Origin: Candidatus Eiseniibacteriota bacterium | GTDB lineage: Bacteria; Eisenbacteria; RBG-16-71-46; CAZAMP01 | Length of the DNA stretch: 64,000 nucleotides | Assembly (NCBI GenBank): GCA_965224245.1 | Contig: OZ245046.1 | Coordinates: forward strand, 2,784,001 to 2,848,000 | Reading direction: 5' to 3' | Part shown: positions 1 through 10,700 of the stretch, piece after piece | How the letters are laid out: every line of letters begins with the position of its first letter | Numbering within the stretch: the first letter of the stretch is position 1 | The notes under the pieces: generated by a model | The model's input: the letters and a program-made list of their open reading frames with translations, nothing else | Told to the model about the DNA's origin: nothing | Databases searched by the model: none | Made by a program: the position numbers and the translations under genes

Positions 1-273
1 GCGAGCGGCGATGAGACCACGCTCCGCGCCGACCGCGCGTTCGCTCTGATCGGCTTTCTGCCGGATCAGGATCTGTTCCGTCGGATCGGGATCTCGCTCG
101 ATCCGGTGACCGGCGTGCCCGACCTCGACCCCGAGACGCTCGAGACCAACGTTCCTGGCGTGCACATGGTCGGCTCCATCACACGCGGCCTGAAGCTCTC
201 GGACGTGTTCATCGAGAACGGCCGGTTCGACGGCGAGAAGGTCTTCTCGGACGTCCCGGCGCCACGCCGCTGA
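1..273 (+). CDS. ypdA: C-terminal part of a YpdA-family flavoprotein (putative bacillithiol disulfide reductase), 5'-truncated by the window edge
   Basis: Frame 1 reads ...FALIGFLPD...PETLETNVPGVHMVGSI...VFIENGRFDG...* with TGA at 271-273. ETNV.G and FIENGRF.G match the YpdA C-terminus. Not in the ORF track. Confidence 0.75.
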   Translation, partial: ASGDETTLRADRAFALIGFLPDQDLFRRIGISLDPVTGVPDLDPETLETNVPGVHMVGSITRGLKLSDVFIENGRFDGEKVFSDVPAPRR

Positions 274-372
274 CGGACGACGGCACTCCCCGATCGAGAA
301 AGCACGTGAGGCCGATACACCGGTGACGTATGGTGCCTCCTGGTGTGGACGTCACTCTCTGGAGGTGCCCCG

Positions 373-765
373 ATGAAGACGCTGGCCGGACTCCTGATCG
401 CCGCGAGCGTCGCGGCTCTCTCGTCCTGCGCGACGATCGACCTGAACGCCACGAGCATGCCGTCGCCCGTCGCGCTGAACACACCCGGCGAGCCCGCGTA
501 CGACGTCGTCGGCTCGTTCACGATCGAGGACAAGGGCGGGTGGATTCTGGGACTCGTCCCGGTGAACAAGCCGGCCGGTGACAACCACGACTACCTGACC
601 ACGATGATCGACGGCGAGGTGCGCAAGGCCGGCGGCGACGCGGCCATCAACGTCCACATCCGGGCCCAGAACGACCCGATCGACATCCTCACCCGCATCG
701 TGACCTGGGGTGCCTACCAGACGCGGACGGTCACCGTGACCGGCGACGTGATCACGTACCGCTAG
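373..765 (+). CDS. Small lipoprotein of unknown function
   Basis: GGAGG at 361-365, ATG at 373, signal peptide MKTLAGLLIAASVAALSS-C with a lipobox. Confidence 0.8.
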   Translation: MKTLAGLLIAASVAALSSCATIDLNATSMPSPVALNTPGEPAYDVVGSFTIEDKGGWILGLVPVNKPAGDNHDYLTTMIDGEVRKAGGDAAINVHIRAQNDPIDILTRIVTWGAYQTRTVTVTGDVITYR

Positions 766-843
766 GGCGCGGGCGGGCGGATCGGTCCGACGGATGCACG
801 CGCTCCGACGCTCCGGTGCGGGGTCGTCCGATCATCGTGACGA

Positions 844-1893
844 TCACCCGGCGGCGGCGTCCGTCGGAAGCGGCGGTGAGTCACCCCAGAACGTGGTCAC
901 GTCGATGGGCACCGGCGCGGTGATCGACAGGCGCTCCCCGGTGATCGGATGCGGCAGCGCGATGGCCACGGCGTGGAGGAGATGGCGTCTCGCGCCCGTC
1001 TCGGTCTCGGCCAGCTCCGGATCGTCGAGCAGCACCAGCTCGCGTGCCCGGGCCTCGGGCACCGCATACAGCTTGTCGCCCACGATCGGGTGCCCGGCGT
1101 GCGCCGCGTGCACCCGGATCTGGTGCGTCCGCCCGGTTCTCGGCGACACGGCGACCGCCGTGACCTCGCCCGCCGCCTTCGACGCGTGCCCGAGCGCACG
1201 GAACGTGGTCACCGCCGCCTTGCCACCCGCCTCGACCACGTGGAAGTACGGGGGTCGCCTCGGCGCCTTTCGCCCGATCGGCGCCTCGATGGTGCGCTCC
1301 CCCCCGAAGGCGCCGCTCAGGACGGCCAGGTAGCGCTTCTCCACGACGCCGGACCGGAACTGCGTCTCCAGCCGTCGCGCCACGTCGGCACTCTTGGCCA
1401 GCAGCACGACGCCGGACGTCTCGCGATCCAGCCGATGGACCAGTCGCAGCCCGGCGCGCCCATCGCGCGCGAGCGTGGACACCAGCGTGTGTCGAATGTA
1501 CCGGCCGCCGGCGTGCACCGGCAGGTTGCCGGACTTCGATACGGCCAGGACGTGCTCGTCCTCGTGAAGGACGTCGTAGCGGGTGTCGACCTCGGGCTCG
1601 AGGTGAAGAAACGAGTACGCAATGCGATCACCGTGCGTGACACACGTGTCGGCGTACGCGCGCTCGCCGTTCAGGGTCACCGAGCCGTCGGCGATGCGCT
1701 CGGCCCAGAGATCGGGAGGATGATAGCGGAAGCGCTGCGAGAGAAACCGCGCGAGCGTCCAGCCCGAGCGATACGGATCGACCGTGCAGGAGAGGTCGTA
1801 CCGCTCGGGCTCGCGCGGCGTTGGTCGCCCACAGTCCTCGCCGGGCGCACCACCGCGTGCGCCGCTAGAGATTCCCGCGCCGATCCTGCTCAC
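844..1893 (-). CDS. RluA-family pseudouridine synthase (start uncertain)
   Basis: S4-like N-terminal region, motifs HRLDRETSGV, GRTHQIRVH and HPIVGDKLY. Confidence 0.9.
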   Translation of the reverse strand: MSRIGAGISSGARGGAPGEDCGRPTPREPERYDLSCTVDPYRSGWTLARFLSQRFRYHPPDLWAERIADGSVTLNGERAYADTCVTHGDRIAYSFLHLEPEVDTRYDVLHEDEHVLAVSKSGNLPVHAGGRYIRHTLVSTLARDGRAGLRLVHRLDRETSGVVLLAKSADVARRLETQFRSGVVEKRYLAVLSGAFGGERTIEAPIGRKAPRRPPYFHVVEAGGKAAVTTFRALGHASKAAGEVTAVAVSPRTGRTHQIRVHAAHAGHPIVGDKLYAVPEARARELVLLDDPELAETETGARRHLLHAVAIALPHPITGERLSITAPVPIDVTTFWGDSPPLPTDAAAG

Positions 1894-3049
1894 GCTCGAG
1901 CGACTCGAAGAGCGCCTTGAAGTTGCCCTTCCCGAAGGACTGAGATCCGCGCCGGCAGATGATCTCGAAGAAGAGCGTCGGCCGATCCTGGAGAGGCTTG
2001 GTGAAGAGCTGGAGGAGATAGCCCTCGTCGTCGGCGTCCACCAGGATGCCGAGGTCCTTGATGCGGTCGTGGTCCTCCTTGACCTCCCAGCCCAGGGCCT
2101 CGACGCGCTTCCAGACCTCCTCGTAGTACGCGTCGGGGATGTGCAGGAAGTCCACGCCGCGCGCGCGGAGCTCGGAGACCGACGAGAGCTCGTCGTCGGT
2201 GCGGAGCGCGAGATGCTGGACGCCCGGCGTCATGTCGTGCCACTCGAGATACTCGAGGATCTGGCTCTTCTTCTTGCCCTCCGCCGGCTCGTTGATCGGC
2301 ATCTTGATCAGATGGTTCCCCGACGCCATGACCTTGGACATGAGCGCGGAGTAGTCCGTGGAGATGTCCTTGTCGTCGAAGTGCTTGAACATCGAGAACC
2401 CCATGACGTTCTCGTACCACTGGACCCAGTAGTTCATCCGCCCTTCCTCGACGTTGCCCACGCAATGATCGACGAACTTCAGCCCGCAGGGGTGCTTGCG
2501 GTTGTAGTCGTTCAGGGCGAACCGCTCGACGCGATCGAACTTCGGCGCGAACGGTCCGCCTTCCTTCACTGAGTCCAGTGCGTAGTCGCCGCGGCGGCTG
2601 ACGAAGCTGTGGATCGCGCGGCCATAGGACTGGATGCCGGCCATGGTCACCGAGCCGCGCTCGTCGGAGTATGTGACGGGCTCGTATGCAGACTCTCCGC
2701 CGTTGGCAACCGCCTTGCGGTAGGCGGCCTCGGCGTCGGCGACGGTCAGGGCGACGTCCTTGACGCCGTCACCGTACCGCGCCACCTCGTCGTTGATCGG
2801 GCCCGGTCCGAGGCCGCTGGTCAACAGGAGGCGGATGTTGCCCTGCGTCATCAGGTAGCTCGCCTCCTCGCGACTTCCGGTGGTGAGGTCGGCGACCTGC
2901 GCGAGGTGGAACCCGAACGTGTGCGCGTAGAACGTCGCGGCCTGCTTGGCGTTTCCCACGTAGAAGCGAACGTGGTCGACGTCGACGAGATCGAGCGGGT
3001 CGGCGCCGGTGGCGGCGGCACCGGCCTTCGAGTGGCTGGCGGTGGACAT
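1865..3049 (-). CDS. hppD: 4-hydroxyphenylpyruvate dioxygenase
   Basis: AAGGAGG RBS before MSTASHS. Motifs DHCVGNV, SQILEYL, GVQHLAL, LLQLFTKP, FFEII.R.G...FGKGNFKALFES. Confidence 0.96.
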   Translation of the reverse strand: MSTASHSKAGAAATGADPLDLVDVDHVRFYVGNAKQAATFYAHTFGFHLAQVADLTTGSREEASYLMTQGNIRLLLTSGLGPGPINDEVARYGDGVKDVALTVADAEAAYRKAVANGGESAYEPVTYSDERGSVTMAGIQSYGRAIHSFVSRRGDYALDSVKEGGPFAPKFDRVERFALNDYNRKHPCGLKFVDHCVGNVEEGRMNYWVQWYENVMGFSMFKHFDDKDISTDYSALMSKVMASGNHLIKMPINEPAEGKKKSQILEYLEWHDMTPGVQHLALRTDDELSSVSELRARGVDFLHIPDAYYEEVWKRVEALGWEVKEDHDRIKDLGILVDADDEGYLLQLFTKPLQDRPTLFFEIICRRGSQSFGKGNFKALFESLEREQDRRGNL

Positions 3050-3354
3050 GGCATGAGCCTCCTTCGCAGAGGAAACTGCCGGCGGCAGTGGGTCGATCCA
3101 TGGTTGGCGGGCACGGGCCGTGCGCGCGCCGAGTACCCTAACGCGGAGTGGCGACCGCGCGAAACCCCGAAGCGTCCCGAGCGCGACGGTTCCGGGCGCC
3201 GGGCCCCGGCCGTCCGCGTGCCGCGGCGCGTGGGCGACGGCGACACGTCTACCCACGGAAGCCGGGCGAGGATAACAGCTTGCCTCCCTCGCCACGCAGG
3301 GCTTAACTAGCGGGACCGGCCTCGAGTTCCACCATCCACCCGACGGGAGCCCCG

Positions 3355-4452
3355 ATGAACTTCCCGCCGCACGCCGAGGCGAACGTGCCGCTGGCGCCGA
3401 TGACGACGATCGGTGTCGGTGGAAACGCGCGCTGGCTCGTCCGGTGCCCGACCGACGACGTGCTGGCCGGGGCGCTCGAGTGGGCGCGTCGGACCGGTGT
3501 CGATACCTGGATCCTCGGGCAGGGCAGCAACGTCGTGATCGCCGACGACGGACTCGACGGCCTGGTGATCTCGCCGGCCGCCACGCGCATCCAGATCGAC
3601 TCCATCGATACGGACACCGCGCGGGTCGTCGCCGACGCCGGCGTCCCCTGGGACACACTCGTCGAACGGATGGTCGCCGAGGGCCTGGCCGGGCTCGAGT
3701 GCCTGAGCGGCATCCCGGGCTACGTCGGTGCCTCACCGATCCAGAACGTCGGCGCCTACGGACAGGACGTGTCCGCGGTGATCGAATCGGTGGGCCTCGT
3801 CGAGCGGTCGACCGGCGAGCCGTCGCGCCTGGAGGCCGGCGCCTGCGGCTTCGGCTACCGCACGAGCGTGTTCAAGACGCGCGAGGCCGGACGGTACGTC
3901 GTGACCGACGTCGCGTTTCGTCTGGCCCGCCGGACCGACGGCGTGGTCCGCTATCGCGAGCTGGCCGACGCGCTCGGCGGTGCGCACCGGGCGGACGGGT
4001 CCGGGCCCCCGATCGCCGAGATCCGCCGGGCCGTCCTCGAGATCCGGGCGCGAAAGTCGATGGTGCTCGACCCCGAGGACCCTAACGCCCGGAGCTGCGG
4101 ATCCTTCTTCGTGAACCCGGTCTTGACCGCCGACGCGGCCGACGCCGTGCGGTCGCGACTCGACACCGCGGGCACGATGCCGGCGTACCCCGAGCCCGAC
4201 GGGCGCGTGAAGCTCTCCGCGGCGTGGCTGATCGAGTCGTCCGGGTTCCGGCGAGGACACGCCGATGGTGCCGCCGGGCTCTCGAGCCGCCATGCCCTGG
4301 CCATCGTCAATCGTGGAGGGGCGCGCGCCGCCGACGTCGTGCGCCTGGCCCGCACGATTCGTCGGACCGTTCACGCGCGCACGGGCGTCACGCTGATGCC
4401 CGAACCGGCCTTCTGGGGCTTCGGTCAGGTCGGTCACCGCGTACTGGACTGA
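3355..4452 (+). CDS. murB: UDP-N-acetylenolpyruvoylglucosamine reductase
   Basis: Motifs LGQGSNV, GLECLSGIPG, QNVGAYG, FGYRTSVFK, GSFFVNP, KLSAAWLIE, HALAIVN. Confidence 0.96.
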   Translation: MNFPPHAEANVPLAPMTTIGVGGNARWLVRCPTDDVLAGALEWARRTGVDTWILGQGSNVVIADDGLDGLVISPAATRIQIDSIDTDTARVVADAGVPWDTLVERMVAEGLAGLECLSGIPGYVGASPIQNVGAYGQDVSAVIESVGLVERSTGEPSRLEAGACGFGYRTSVFKTREAGRYVVTDVAFRLARRTDGVVRYRELADALGGAHRADGSGPPIAEIRRAVLEIRARKSMVLDPEDPNARSCGSFFVNPVLTADAADAVRSRLDTAGTMPAYPEPDGRVKLSAAWLIESSGFRRGHADGAAGLSSRHALAIVNRGGARAADVVRLARTIRRTVHARTGVTLMPEPAFWGFGQVGHRVLD

Positions 4453-5807
4453 GCCGGCGACGGATCCGCCGCGCACACGCGACGCGACCAGACGAACGCC
4501 AGGATCCCGGCCCCGGCGTTCGAGATCGCCGCCGCCGCGAAGATCCCCACCGGACCCACGAGCCGGCTCCCGGCGTACGCGATCGGCACGTACAGGACGA
4601 CCATCCGGGTGATCATGATCACCGACGCCGACAGCGGCCGCCCGATCGCGTTGAACGTGGCGCTTGTGATGATCATCACGCCGTACAGCACGTGGCTGGC
4701 CGGCACGATCCGGAGGTACGTCGCGGCCAGCGATCGAACGTCCGGGTCGTCCGAGAAGCGGCCAACGATCGCGGGGCCGAGAAGCGCGAGCCCCACGACG
4801 GTCACGACGGCCCACGCGAGCGAGTAGACCCCCGACCAGTGGAGGCCCTCTCGAACGCGGTCACGGAGCCCGGCACCCCAGTTCTGGCCCGCGACCGGTG
4901 CCATGCCGGCGGCGAGCGCCGAGAACGGGATCATCGCCAGCGCGTCGACGCGCGTCGCGGCACCGAACGCCGCGACGGCGACCGAGCCGTGCGAGGCCAC
5001 CAGACGCGTGACGACCGCGATCGAGATGGGATTGATCGCCTGCGTCGCGGCGGCCGGCCCGCCCACGCGGAGGATCTCACGCCAGGACGCGAGCACGGCG
5101 GAGAACGGTCGCGGGCGCCACACGATCAGCCGTTCCCGAACCGAGAGCACGTACAGCGCCGCCGCCAGCGTCGTGGCCCGCGCGAGCACCGTGGCCAGCG
5201 CGGCCCCTCGCATCTCCATCCGGGGAAACGGGCCCACACCGAAGATCAGCAGCGGATCGAGGATCACGTTCGCGACCGCGGCCACGACCATGACCGCACC
5301 GGGGACCTTCGCGTCTCCGATCGCGCGAATGACGCCGTTGCCGACCATCGGCACCACCAGGAAGGGCATCCCCAGGTACCAGATGAGCATGTACTGGCGG
5401 ATCCGCTCCAGCTCGGCGCCCTCGGCGCCGAGGAGGCGAAACACCGGCTCGATGGTCAGCACGCCCACGACGACGAGGACGCCCACGATCGCGACCGCGA
5501 GCGTGAGGCTGTCGGTGGCCAGCGCGCGGACGCGGTCCTGGTCCCCTTCGCCCACCGCGCGGGAGACGATGGACGTGGCGCCCGTACCGAGCCCGAGCGC
5601 GACCGTGGCCAGCACGAACACGACGGGGAACGTGTACGTGATGGCGGCCAGGGATTCGAGACCGAGCTGCCCGATGAAGTACGTGTCGACGGCGTTGAAC
5701 CCGATGACGGCCACCAGGCCCACGATCATCGGCAACGTCATCGCCACCAGATGTTCACGCACGGGCCCGGTGGTCAGACGGCCTCTGTGAGGCGTGGACT
5801 CGGTCAC
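4434..5807 (-). CDS. MATE-family efflux transporter
   Basis: About 12 TM segments. Motifs DTYFIGQLG, RAIGDAK.P, NVILDPLLIFG, GAALAT, GQNWGAG. Confidence 0.93.
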   Translation of the reverse strand: MTESTPHRGRLTTGPVREHLVAMTLPMIVGLVAVIGFNAVDTYFIGQLGLESLAAITYTFPVVFVLATVALGLGTGATSIVSRAVGEGDQDRVRALATDSLTLAVAIVGVLVVVGVLTIEPVFRLLGAEGAELERIRQYMLIWYLGMPFLVVPMVGNGVIRAIGDAKVPGAVMVVAAVANVILDPLLIFGVGPFPRMEMRGAALATVLARATTLAAALYVLSVRERLIVWRPRPFSAVLASWREILRVGGPAAATQAINPISIAVVTRLVASHGSVAVAAFGAATRVDALAMIPFSALAAGMAPVAGQNWGAGLRDRVREGLHWSGVYSLAWAVVTVVGLALLGPAIVGRFSDDPDVRSLAATYLRIVPASHVLYGVMIITSATFNAIGRPLSASVIMITRMVVLYVPIAYAGSRLVGPVGIFAAAAISNAGAGILAFVWSRRVCAADPSPAQSSTR

Positions 5808-5906
5808 ACGGCTTCGACTCGAGGATGCGGGCGCGACCGCCCGACGGTGGACCCGACCGCGCCGCTCGCGAGGCGAGCGACACGGTGTTTCATGCGAGCG
5901 CGGTGA

Positions 5907-6314
5907 CTAGTACGTGATCTTCGGGTCGAGCGTCGCCGCCTTCGCGATCCAGTCCTCGACCGTCTCCACCGAGGTGTGGCCCCGGGTCAGCTTCTTCTCG
6001 CTGTTGACCGCGTCGAGCGTCCGGGCCAGGTTCTCGGCGTTGCGCGTGCGCAGCTCCTTCACCGTATCGACACCGGACGCCTTCAGAAGCTCGGCGTACT
6101 GTCCGCCGATACCGCTGACTCGCATCATGTCGGCCATGTTCGTCCAGTCGAGGATCCGTGACTCGCTGATTCCGGTGGCCTCGGCAACGGACTTGCGGCC
6201 GGCCGGCGCGCCGCATCGGTCGAGCAGCTCCTCGGTGGTGGTGATGTCCGCGGTCGCGAGCTTCTCGGCGAACGCCGGTCCGATGCCCTCGATCTCGTCG
6301 ATCTCGTAGCTCAT
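5907..6314 (-). CDS. DUF4332-type helix-hairpin-helix protein
   Basis: GGAGG RBS. MSYEIDEIEGIGP and ADMMRVSGIGGQYAELL..SGVDTVKEL..RNAENL give two HhH motifs. Confidence 0.85.
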   Translation of the reverse strand: MSYEIDEIEGIGPAFAEKLATADITTTEELLDRCGAPAGRKSVAEATGISESRILDWTNMADMMRVSGIGGQYAELLKASGVDTVKELRTRNAENLARTLDAVNSEKKLTRGHTSVETVEDWIAKAATLDPKITY

Positions 6315-6572
6315 GAGACCTGTCCCTCCGTGATGTCGGGGATTGGGTGGCGATGAACGTCGGGTCCACGTGGATTGACCGATCGACGCGCGTGAAGTCA
6401 CACCCGGATCCCGGGACGAGCGAGATAGGCTAGCACGCCGGTCGCGGCCGCGAAACCGAGCCCCGAACAGATCCGACGCACCCGGCCGTGAGCTGCTACG
6501 ATCTCGCGCGCTCCGACCCCGCGCTCGAACGCGGGGCGCGTTCCGACCCCGTGACGTCGAGAGGATGTCCCC

Positions 6573-7685
6573 GTGTCCGGACCGACCGCCCGAGTGCCGA
6601 CGTGGGCCTGGGTGTCCCCCGCCGACGCCTCGTTGCCCGGGGAGGCCCACCCGGACCAGAGCCGGGCTCCCGCGGGCCGCCGCGCCGTCTGGGTGCTCGA
6701 GCGGCGGGGCGTTCGTCTGGGAGGCGTTCGGCGGGGAGGGGCACGGGTCGAGACGCGCTCGGCGAGCGAACGCTGGCGCGCGGCCGAGCCGGTTCACGTC
6801 CCGGGGATGATCACCGCGGAGCTTCGATCCCTGTCCGGTCCGGTGCGGCGAACGGCCGCCCTCTTCGACCGGCTCCGCGAGGGGAGCGATTTCGCGGCGG
6901 ACGTGGTCCGCCGTCTCGGGGCGGCTTCACCGTTCCGTCCCATGGGCAGCACGGTGGATCTGGGCGATCCCCGCGAGATCGAGAAGGTGCACGCCGACCA
7001 CGCGCGCTCGCCCCGCGCCGAGGATCTCTACGCGAAGCTCTCCTGGATCTCGACCGATGAGCGCGACCCGTCGATGCGGATCCGGTTCTCGTTCGGATCG
7101 GAGTCGCTCGACGACTGGAAGACCGACCCGAGGCGTGCCCGCGCCGCGGACCTCTACGCAGAGGCCGTGTTTCCGGAGTGCCGCTCGCTCTCGCGCCATC
7201 GGAGGCTGTTCCGCCTCCTGCGTGCGCTGACCGGCGGACCGGCCCGGCTCTCGGAGCGAATCGTGTTCTCGAACGCGCCCGGCGGCGGCGCGGTCTTCCA
7301 CCACGATGCCGAGACCGACCAGCTCGGCGTCGTGTACGGACAGCTGACCGGTCGCACGGCGTGGCTGGCGCTCCCGAAGACACGCCTGGCGACGCTGGTC
7401 CACGCGTGCGCGAGAGGCGCCCTGGCCGAGACGGTGTCGACCCCGGCTCGAGCGCTCCGTGCGCTCGAGCGACACGATCTGCCCGCACTCGATCGCCTTC
7501 TGAACCGCAGTCCGCGCTTCACGCGGCGGCTCGTCGAGGAGAACGCGTTGATCGTGCTCCGGCCCGGCGACGTCCTGCTGCTGCCGTCCCACGACCGGGA
7601 CCGCGTGTGCTGGCACTCGGTCTTCGCCCTGGGACGACGGCCCGGCGTGGCACACTCGTACGGGATCTTTCGCGCGTCAGGGTGA
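6573..7685 (+). CDS. Putative cupin/JmjC-like Fe(II)-dependent oxygenase
   Basis: GAGAGG RBS 8 nt before GTG. FHHD...YGQLTGRTAW...LRPGDVLLLP...WHSV is an HxD...H triad in JmjC-like context. Confidence 0.6.
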   Translation: MSGPTARVPTWAWVSPADASLPGEAHPDQSRAPAGRRAVWVLERRGVRLGGVRRGGARVETRSASERWRAAEPVHVPGMITAELRSLSGPVRRTAALFDRLREGSDFAADVVRRLGAASPFRPMGSTVDLGDPREIEKVHADHARSPRAEDLYAKLSWISTDERDPSMRIRFSFGSESLDDWKTDPRRARAADLYAEAVFPECRSLSRHRRLFRLLRALTGGPARLSERIVFSNAPGGGAVFHHDAETDQLGVVYGQLTGRTAWLALPKTRLATLVHACARGALAETVSTPARALRALERHDLPALDRLLNRSPRFTRRLVEENALIVLRPGDVLLLPSHDRDRVCWHSVFALGRRPGVAHSYGIFRASG

Positions 7686-7704
7686 CCGGGAGCCCGGTCG
7701 GCCC

Positions 7705-10700
7705 TCAGCGTGTGAGGGCCAACCGCTCGGTCGAGACCACGCCTTCCGACCGCAGGACCGCGATGTAGATCCCCGGGGAGAGTCGCCCCTGCACGTCTGA
7801 CACGCTCCAGGCCACCTGCCGGACACCGGGCTGGAAGTAGTCGTCCAGCACCCGGCCGACCCGGCGACCCGCGACGTCGTAGAGGTCGATCGTGACCCGA
7901 GCCCCCTCGGGCCGGCCCTCGCCCACTTCGGGGATCGAGAACCGGAACGTCGCCTCGGAGCGGAACGGGTTCGGATACACCCGATCGAGCGCGATGCTCC
8001 TCGGCAGCGACACGGACGCGCGCACCCAGAGCTCGAGGCTGGGCGCCGACTCGATCCCCGCCGTACTCACGGCGGTGACCGTGTAGTAGTAGGCGAGACC
8101 GGTCTCGGCCGTCTCGTCGACGAACCGCGTCTCGGGGATCGGCGTCGGGGTCAGACGGTCGAGAATCCCGCCCTGAGGGCGCCGGTAGACGTGGTAGCCC
8201 TGGATGCGCCCCTCGGCACTGGGTGTCCAGCTGAGGGCAACCCCGCCGGTCCCCACGGTCGCCGCGGGGACCTCCGGGGCCAGCGGCGGCGTCGTGTCGA
8301 CGTCCTCGGGCAGCGTGCGGACCTCGTCGCCGACGAGCCACCCGGACTCGAAGCCTCGCTCGTTCCGCGCCTGCACGCGGAAGCGATACGCGGAGTCGGC
8401 CGACAGCCCGGTGGCATCCCACGTCCTGACGCCGATCTCGAGCCAGCCCGACGCGATCGACGGCTCGGAGACGCTCTCGACCCGATACGCGAGCTCCTCC
8501 CCGTTCGGATCGACCGCCGGCTCCCAGGTGAGCCGGATGACGTCGTGGCCCATGGCCAGGGCGCTCAGGACCGGTGGCGCGCTCGGCGTCTGGTTCTCCG
8601 GTGGCGTGGTGACGTACGCCGACCCCGCCCAGCCGGACTGCGCCGGCGGTGTTCCATCGTCGCGCGCCCGCACGAGGAACTTGTACGTGGTCTCGGGCTG
8701 GAGTTCGGTGGCCTCCCAGCTCGTGATCCCGCCGGAGAGCCATCCGGACTGGATCGTGGCATCGGTGGCCTCGCGGACGTAGTACTCGATCTGATCGCCG
8801 TCGGGATCGGTGGCCCCGGTCCAGGTGATGTGGATCGTCGTCGCGGACGTGGCCTGGGCCACGACGTCGCGGGGCTCGGTGGGGCCCTGGTTCGGGCCGG
8901 GATCGGTGACGACCTCGTTCGAGCCGGCCCAGCCGGACTGCGCGGGCGGGTCGGCGTCGTCGCGCGCCCGGACGAGGAAGCGATACGTCGTGAACGGCGC
9001 CAGATCGGTCACCAGCCAGGACGTGGTCGAGGCCGGGAGCCAGCCGCTGGTCAGCTCGGCGTCGTCGACCTCGCGGACGAGATACTCGATCGGGTCGCCA
9101 TCGGGATCGACCGCCGGATCCCAGGTGATGAGGACCTCGCGCTGGCCTTCCACGGTGGCACGTACGTTCGAGGGCTCGCTCGGCGGACGGTTCGGCGTGT
9201 CGGCGGTCGTGGCCTCGTTCGTGGTCGCCCAGTCGGACTCGAGCGGCGGTGACGCGTCGTCGCGCGCGCGCACGCGGAACGTGTACGTCGTGTGGGACGT
9301 GAGGTCGGTCGCGTCCCAGCGGGTGGTTCCCGCGGGAAGCCACCCGCTCGTGATCGACGGGGACCCCACGGCCTCGACGTAGAACTCGACCGCATCTCCA
9401 TCCGGATCACCGAGGTCGATCCACGTGACGCGGATGGACGTGGGACCCAGCACGGTGGCCGTGGGCTCGCCGGGGACGGCCGGCGGCCGGTTGCCCGGCG
9501 CGTCGGTCGTGACGAAGTTGGACCCGGCCCACCCGGAGCGTGCCGGGGGATCGGCGTCGTCGCGGGCGCGCACGAGGAACTTGTACGTGGTGGCCGGCTC
9601 CAGACCGGTGGCCCGCCACGACGTCGTGCCCGCCGGCAGCCAGTCGCTGGTGATGGTCGCGTCGTCGACGTCGCGGACGAAGTACTCGATCGGGTCGCCG
9701 TCCGGGTCGGTCGCCTCGCTCCAGGTGATCTCGACCTCGGTGGATCCGAGCGCGGTCGCCACGACGTTCGTGGGCTCGCTCGGGGGCTGGTTGTCCACGA
9801 CGCCGGTCTCGACGGCGTTGGACACGACCCAGTCGGACTGGAGCGGCGGGTCGGCGTCGTCGCGGGCGACGATGCGGAACTCGTACCGCGTGCCGGACGT
9901 CAGGTCCGACGCGAGCCAGTCCATCGTGCCGGGCGGGAGCCAGCCGCTGCTCAGACCGGGATCGGTGGTGTCCTCGAGGTAGAACTCGACCGGATCCCCG
10001 TCGGGATCTCCCTTGTCGATCCAGGTGACGCGTACGGCGGTCTCCCCGATCACGGTGGCCGTCACGTCGATCGGCGCGTTGGGCGGTCGGTTCGGCGGAT
10101 CGTCGGTCGTGACCTCGTTGGAGCCGGCCCAGCCGGACTGCGCCGGCGGGTCGCCGTCGTCCCGCGCGCGCACGAGGAACCGGTAGGTCGTGGACGGCTC
10201 GAGCCCGGTGGCGGTCCAGGAGGTGGTGCCCACCGGCAGCCAATCGCTGGCGATCTCGGCGTCGTCGACGTCACGGACGTAGTACTGGACCGCATCGCCG
10301 TCCGGGTCGCCGGTGGCCGTCCAGTCGATGCGAACCTCGGAATCGCCGAGAACCGTGGCCACGACGTCGATCGGCTCGTATGGGGGCTGGTTGAATGCCT
10401 CGCCGGTCGCCACGGTGTTGGTCGTGGCCCAGCCGGAGTAGAGCGGCGGATCACCGTCGTCCCGGCCGCGGACCCGGAACTGATACTCGGTCGCCGGCTG
10501 GAGCCCGGTGGCCTCCCAGCTCGTGGTGCCCGGCGGCAGCCATCCGCTGGCGATCGACGCGTCGCCGATCTCCTCGACGTAGAACTCGACGGGATCTCCG
10601 TCGGGATCGCCGTTGTCGACCCAGCTCACGCGGACGGAGGTCGGTCCCAGGCTCACGGCCACCGCCGCGGAGGGATCGTTCGGCGGCGAGGACGTCGCGT

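Noticed and set aside
6488-7060. Possible frameshifted N-terminus for the JmjC-like gene
   Set aside because: The GTG at 6573 has its own RBS and an open frame to 7685. The alternative-frame ORFs lack protein-like composition.
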